From an uncultured Devosia sp. (GTDB lineage: Bacteria; Pseudomonadota; Alphaproteobacteria; Rhizobiales; Devosiaceae), in NCBI GenBank assembly GCA_964569865.1, contig CAZMVQ010000005.1, positions 1 through 48,693 of the forward strand: DNA of 48,693 nt. Direction: 5' to 3'. The notes beneath the pieces were generated by a model. That model had not been told where the DNA came from. It worked only from the letters and a program-made list of their open reading frames with translations, and ran no database searches. This document shows, piece after piece, positions 40,751-48,693 of the stretch (within the stretch, counting starts at the first letter, position 1; the number at the start of each line of letters is the position of its first letter). A program made the position numbers and the translations under genes.

Positions 40751-40806
40751 AGCCTAGGCAAGAGAGCTTAGGCAAGAGAGCTTAGGCAAGAGAGCTTAGG
40801 CTCTTG
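40751..40806. repeat. 14-bp tandem repeat, ~3.7 copies (agcYtaggcaagag)
   Basis: Read directly from the sequence. It starts at the nucleotide after the priA TAG stop. Copies 2 and 3 are identical. Confidence 0.85.
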
Positions 40807-40863
40807 GGCCTAAATCCAAAGGTCAATCAGCTCCCATTTTGCAGCCCTTTTTTTGTTCGAAAA

Positions 40864-40887
40864 CTTGGTTAATGGATATTAACCAAG
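40864..40887. other. Perfect 10-bp inverted repeat (cttggttaat-ggat-attaaccaag)
   Basis: Read directly from the sequence. It is AT-rich and followed by tgtttatt. It could be a weak priA terminator or a protein-binding palindrome. Confidence 0.4.
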
Positions 40888-40940
40888 TGTTTATTAATTT
40901 ATGTTAATTTTCACCTGATGTCAGACGAAGGATTTCAGAT

Positions 40941-41303
40941 GTGCTTGCTTCAAAGTCACTTGCTCCTAACGAGGATACCTGCCCGATAAATGAAACTGAA
41001 CTGATTAGTCTTAGTTCAGAAGCGCCAAGCCATGCGGTGGCTGTGGTTTCCGGGTTGCCCGAAATGCAAAAGGCCAGAATTTGTAAATTTTGCTATGGCA
41101 AAACCCATTTGCATGAACTTGCTTTACATATCGCATCGACCTGCGACCAACAAACGCTGGTAACGGTGTTCGGAGAAGCCGGAAGGGTGATTTATAAACA
41201 GTCACGCGATACCAAATCCACGCTAAAAAGCCTCAACGCTTCCGATAACTCCATGCGGCCAAAACCGGTAATGCTGGCTGGTGATCTGAATAAATCACAG
41301 TAA
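40941..41303 (+). CDS. Hypothetical ORF in the priA-atpH gap (doubtful)
   Basis: 120-aa ORF with a GTG start. I see no clear SD and recognise no motif. Confidence 0.2.
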   Translation: MLASKSLAPNEDTCPINETELISLSSEAPSHAVAVVSGLPEMQKARICKFCYGKTHLHELALHIASTCDQQTLVTVFGEAGRVIYKQSRDTKSTLKSLNASDNSMRPKPVMLAGDLNKSQ

Positions 41304-41678
41304 GCACAGCAAAACCTCTTTGTTTTCAACCTATTAGAGGAAGAAATATTTAGTGGTTTTGGTTTTTTTGCCATGCAGGAAATGAAAACTGCCCATAAGT
41401 ATTTTTTTTGCCTTATGGTCTCTTTCCCACCATTTTTGAGCTGATTTGTCCGACAAAATTTCTAATGGCGCTCACCTATTGGCTTTCTTAAAATAAAAAC
41501 CTTGTGCTTGTGCTTGCGTGTGCTTGGAAAGCCGTGTTAGAGGGAGCGCGGATTTTACCGCAAGGCGTTGGCGATTAACCCTTGCATATTGACGAAAGTC
41601 CCCAATTTGCTGAGTTTTTGGGTTATGCTCACGAAGCTGGCTATTATTGAGGCTAACAGGTTTGAAGGGTTTTCCAGT

Positions 41679-42238
41679 TTGAGCGCATCAAGTTCGGTTT
41701 TTGCCAATATTGCCAAACCTTATGCATCGGCATTATTTGATTTGGCGAATGAGACAAAATCAGTTGCAGAGGTTGAGAAAAACCTGTCCGAAATGGGAGC
41801 CCTTATAAGCTCCAGCGAGGATTTTTCTCAGGTGCTTTCCAGCCCGGTTATTTCTGCTGAAGCTAAAACAATTGTTATTGAGAAAATTCTGGCCAAAGCA
41901 AAATTTCATAAGATTGTAGCAAATTTTATTCGCGCCGTTGCGCGCAACGGGCGCCTGTTTGTGCTGCCCACCATGATTGATGCTTTTGGTGATCTTTGTG
42001 CCAAGGCCCGGGGCGAAATTTCTGCTGAAGTTATATCGGCCGCGCCCTTGAGCAAAAAACAACTTGGTGATCTTGCTAAAACTCTAAAAACCAAAACCGG
42101 CAAAACGGTTACGCTTGATGCAAGCGTTGATCCCTCCCTAATCGGGGGGCTGGTGGTAAGAGTTGGTTCGCAGATGATCGATTCTTCTTTAAAAACAAAA
42201 TTGAGCGCGATGAAAATTGCCATGAAAGAGGTTAGATA

Positions 42239-42239
<1 letters not shown>
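41679..42239 (+). CDS. atpH: F1 ATP synthase delta (OSCP) subunit
   Basis: The track ORF starts at 41568. TTG 41679 has GAAGGG 9 nt upstream and gives 186 aa, which aligns in length with rhizobial AtpH as I recall it. ATG 41625 is an alternative. The C-terminus [25 protein letters not shown] is typical. Confidence 0.88.
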
Positions 42240-43769
<1,530 letters not shown>

Positions 43770-43774
<5 letters not shown>

Positions 43775-43820
43775 ATCAAAATTGGTGCAATCTAAATTGG
43801 TGCAATCTAAATTGGTAAAA
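43770..43820. repeat. 15-bp tandem repeat (tctaaattggtgcaa), ~3 copies, the first overlapping the atpA stop codon
   Basis: It reads gCTAAATcaaaATTGGTGCAA / tCTAAATTGGTGCAA / tCTAAATTGGTaaaa. The TAA stop at 43772-43774 lies inside copy 1. Confidence 0.85.
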
Positions 43821-43854
43821 ACCAAAAACGCATAAAAAGGAACAGAGGACCAAA

Positions 43855-46303
<2,449 letters not shown>

Positions 46304-46349
46304 AGTTTAAAGCAGCCTGTGATTTGTTGAAATTAAGAAGGGATGATAA

Positions 46350-46784
46350 TTGGCCCAGGATGATAAACAAGAGATAAAAATCGAAATTGTCTCGCCGGAG
46401 AATCTGGTATTTTCTAAATCGGTTGCTTCGGTGACGGTTCCGGGAGCGGAGGGATATTTTACTGTTATGGGTGAACATGCCCCGGTAATGACTACCCTAA
46501 AGCCCGGCTTTATCAGTGTTGAAAGTGCAGGGGAAACCCAGACATTTTATGTGCAGGGCGGGTTTGCCGATATTTCTCCTGATGGAGTGACAATTCTTGC
46601 TGAGGAAGCCAAGGGAAGTGCTGATTTTGCGGTTTCAGAAGTGGAAGCGGCAATTGTTCAGGCCCAGGCTGTGTTAGATAAGGCTGAGGAATTGGCCGAC
46701 AAGGATAACGCACAAAATACTCTGGATGGTTGGAAAAACCTGTTGCTGGAAGCAGCGCAAATCGGCAGTTCCGGCTCTCATTAA
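46350..46784 (+). CDS. atpC: F1 ATP synthase epsilon subunit
   Basis: 144 aa with a TTG start and GAAGGGA upstream. It has IVSPE...VPGAEGYFTVMGEHAP..T.L.PG and GGFADI motifs. Confidence 0.9.
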   Translation: MAQDDKQEIKIEIVSPENLVFSKSVASVTVPGAEGYFTVMGEHAPVMTTLKPGFISVESAGETQTFYVQGGFADISPDGVTILAEEAKGSADFAVSEVEAAIVQAQAVLDKAEELADKDNAQNTLDGWKNLLLEAAQIGSSGSH

Positions 46785-46812
46785 TCTAATAAAGCAGTTT
46801 CATAAATTATGC

Positions 46813-46857
46813 GGGTCAGCTTTGGGTTATAACCTGATAGCTGGCCCTTTTTACTTT
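46813..46857 (+). terminator. Likely intrinsic terminator of the atp operon
   Basis: The stem gggtcagct / agctggccc is 9 bp with one G-U pair. It is followed by tttttactttt. It overlaps the 3' end of the convergent rppH. Confidence 0.55.
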
Positions 46858-47411
46858 TGGTCGATAGAAATTTCACCCAGCCGGATTTTTTGCGGAATAT
46901 CTGCAAACCATTGGGCAAGCTGTACATAGATTTCATGTTTGAACGGGATTACCAGATCGGGAAGATTTTCCAGTTTCTCCCATCGCCATTCATAAAATTC
47001 AGGCTTATGTGCCCCGCCATCGGGCGCAAGGATATTGATTTCACTGTCATCACCGGTAAACAGCATGGCAAACCACATTTGACGTTGCCCCCTAAATTTT
47101 CCTTTCATCAATTTTTTGGCAACTTCTGGTGGAAAATCGTAGGTAAGCCAACTTTCAGCCTCGGTAATTAATTGGGCGGAAACAACTGAAGTTTCTTCCC
47201 TTAGTTCGCGAATAGCGGCTGTTAAAGCATCTTCATTGCGATCAATTCCACCCTGGGGCATTTGCCAGGGATATTGTATTTTTTGGCCGGCCAATTCGGA
47301 GGCGGGCAAATCATTGCGTCGTCCAACAAACACTTTCCCCTCCTTGTTAAACAGGGCAACTCCTGCACATGGACGATAGGGCTTGTAGGAAATTTTATTA
47401 GAACTTGGCAT
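46851..47411 (-). CDS. rppH: RNA pyrophosphohydrolase (Nudix)
   Basis: It has a Nudix box (GGIDRNEDALTAAIRELREETSV). ATG 47411 overlaps the stop of the upstream gene (TGATG). Confidence 0.88.
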   Translation of the reverse strand: MPSSNKISYKPYRPCAGVALFNKEGKVFVGRRNDLPASELAGQKIQYPWQMPQGGIDRNEDALTAAIRELREETSVVSAQLITEAESWLTYDFPPEVAKKLMKGKFRGQRQMWFAMLFTGDDSEINILAPDGGAHKPEFYEWRWEKLENLPDLVIPFKHEIYVQLAQWFADIPQKIRLGEISIDQK

Positions 47412-48583
47412 CAATTTGCTGCATTCATCAATGCGCTTACCGGAACCAGTTCAATGGATTGATCCTGTAGTTGAGCAGTCCATGAAACAATGGTGTTTAT
47501 GGAAACGGGCAGGGCTGAAATAATGCCAATTGCCTGCCCGTCGCGACGGGCGGTTTCAACCAGTATTTGCAATTGAGCAAGAATTGCGGCGCGGGATGGA
47601 TTTTGATCCAGCAACAAGGAGGCGCGGGCGAAGGGAACCTGATTTGCTGTAGCCAACTGTCTTGAAAGCGAGCGGTTGGAAGAGCCATCATCAAGATAGG
47701 CGATACCTCTGGTTCCCAATTCTTCCATAAACGGGGCCATATCATTGGCTGACGAGGTAAATTGTGCACCTAGATTGTTGACCATTCCCATATAGCCGCC
47801 GGTTCGTGCCATCAGCCAGAACAGGCGCTCCAGATTTACCCGGGCGGTAAATCCGGTCAGCAATGTATGGGGGCCCGGATCAGAATTGGGATAGTCAAAA
47901 GGCTCCATGGGAATTTCAAGCAGATATTCATGTCCTCCGGCTCGGGCGGCAGCGGTTGTGCGATCAATCGACCTGCCATAGGGGGCAAATGCCAGAGTAA
48001 TATTGTCGGGCAAGGACGAAATAGCCTCCATGGTAGCTCCCTCGTTAATTCCCATGCCGGTTACAACAATTGCCACCAGAGATTTGCCGGAGGCGGATTG
48101 GGGGGTTATTGAGGGGCGCGAATAGGAATTAAAAGGGGTTAAGCCATTGGGACCAATGCGCGGAATTGGTCCATTTTCGGTTTCTTCTATGAGTTCAGAA
48201 AGATTGCCAAATTCATCGCGTTGATTGGCGGCTAATTCTAGCGGTTGAGCAGCATTTTCAACATTTATGATTTGCGGCGTTTGTAGTTCGCTGGAGATTA
48301 TAACGGGTGAGTTTTGTTCGGGGGTAGAAATTTGAACCGGAGTGGAAATTTCTTGAGCAATTTCATTGGAATTTATATTGGTGCTGATGGGTACTTCAAT
48401 TGTTGGTTGCCCGCCAGTTGGGTCATCAACAATTAGAATACGGGCTAAAAAGCCAATCACAATAAGCCCGGAAAGCCCAAATAATATTCGCCCCAGCGGC
48501 AATTCGCGAGCACCATAGGCAAGGTTTATGCTGAATTTGGGGCGCTTTTTTTTCCCCAAAGGTGAGCTAAGATCGTCGGCCAT
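47411..48583 (-). CDS. Divergent polysaccharide deacetylase (YibQ-like) family protein with N-terminal membrane anchor
   Basis: 390 aa with one TM segment near the N-terminus. The C-terminal domain is YibQ-like (IAIVVTGMG...LAFAPYG...HEYLLEIPMEP.DYP). Its position upstream of rppH is typical of Rhizobiales, from memory. Confidence 0.85.
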   Translation of the reverse strand: MADDLSSPLGKKKRPKFSINLAYGARELPLGRILFGLSGLIVIGFLARILIVDDPTGGQPTIEVPISTNINSNEIAQEISTPVQISTPEQNSPVIISSELQTPQIINVENAAQPLELAANQRDEFGNLSELIEETENGPIPRIGPNGLTPFNSYSRPSITPQSASGKSLVAIVVTGMGINEGATMEAISSLPDNITLAFAPYGRSIDRTTAAARAGGHEYLLEIPMEPFDYPNSDPGPHTLLTGFTARVNLERLFWLMARTGGYMGMVNNLGAQFTSSANDMAPFMEELGTRGIAYLDDGSSNRSLSRQLATANQVPFARASLLLDQNPSRAAILAQLQILVETARRDGQAIGIISALPVSINTIVSWTAQLQDQSIELVPVSALMNAAN

Positions 48584-48645
48584 TTAATTTTACCTCAAAC
48601 GAATCACCTTCTAACCAGTAGTTTTTAACACAGGTTTAGAGCATT

Positions 48646-48674
48646 TTTTGGTTTTGATTGAATCAAAACCAAAA
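48646..48674. other. 29-bp near-perfect palindrome (ttttggttttgatt-g-aatcaaaaccaaaa)
   Basis: Read directly from the sequence; the arms are 14 bp each. It lies 63 bp upstream (minus-strand sense) of the deacetylase start. Confidence 0.4.
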
Positions 48675-48693
48675 CTCAAAGTCGTTGTTTTTG

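Noticed and set aside
40751-40806. Short tandem repeats (here and at five other loci) as CRISPR arrays or minisatellite-type contingency loci
   Set aside because: The repeats are directly abutting with no spacers, have only 2-4 copies and lie outside coding regions. No cas genes are present. They are reported as a 3'-end tandem-duplication pattern instead.
41568-41678. N-terminal extension of atpH from the track ORF start
   Set aside because: Delta-subunit similarity begins near [25 protein letters not shown] 41679, with an upstream GAAGGG, gives a typical length of 186 aa. ATG 41625 remains a possible alternative.

Overview
This window looks like a core-chromosome segment of an alphaproteobacterium. 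The gene order sdhCDAB, zapE, mdh, sucCDAB, lpdA, xerC, priA, atpHAGDC, rppH matches, from memory, the synteny of Hyphomicrobiales/Rhizobiales genomes. AtpD also carries the Ala/Lys/Thr-rich N-terminal extension I recall from that order. Upstream lie leuD, a RidA-family gene, leuB, asd, a GGDEF-EAL protein, transporters, regulators and a kbl-tdh threonine-catabolism pair. I found no tRNA, rRNA, CRISPR array, transposase or phage gene. Most of the window is ordinary housekeeping DNA. Five things deserve a second look. (1) An accessory three-gene module sits between the lpdA terminator and xerC. It encodes a 1014-aa secreted protein made of 14 copies of an acidic repeat I do not recognise, with an invariant Cys pair (FGDDSSEWANDGECDDPRF..GRDATDC, C-x25-C). 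It also encodes an EamA/DMT permease and a 144-aa two-repeat mini-paralog. (2) An Ile/Thr/Lys-rich leader-peptide candidate followed by a hairpin lies upstream of asd. (3) Unrelated 14-16 bp tandem duplications recur at or just after stop codons of at least six genes. (4) Signal-peptide ORFans are inserted inside the sdh (sdhA|x|sdhB) and suc (sucC|x|sucD) operons. (5) Operator-like repeats lie between an XRE-cupin regulator and kbl-tdh. All homology calls come from motif recognition by eye, and no database search was run.
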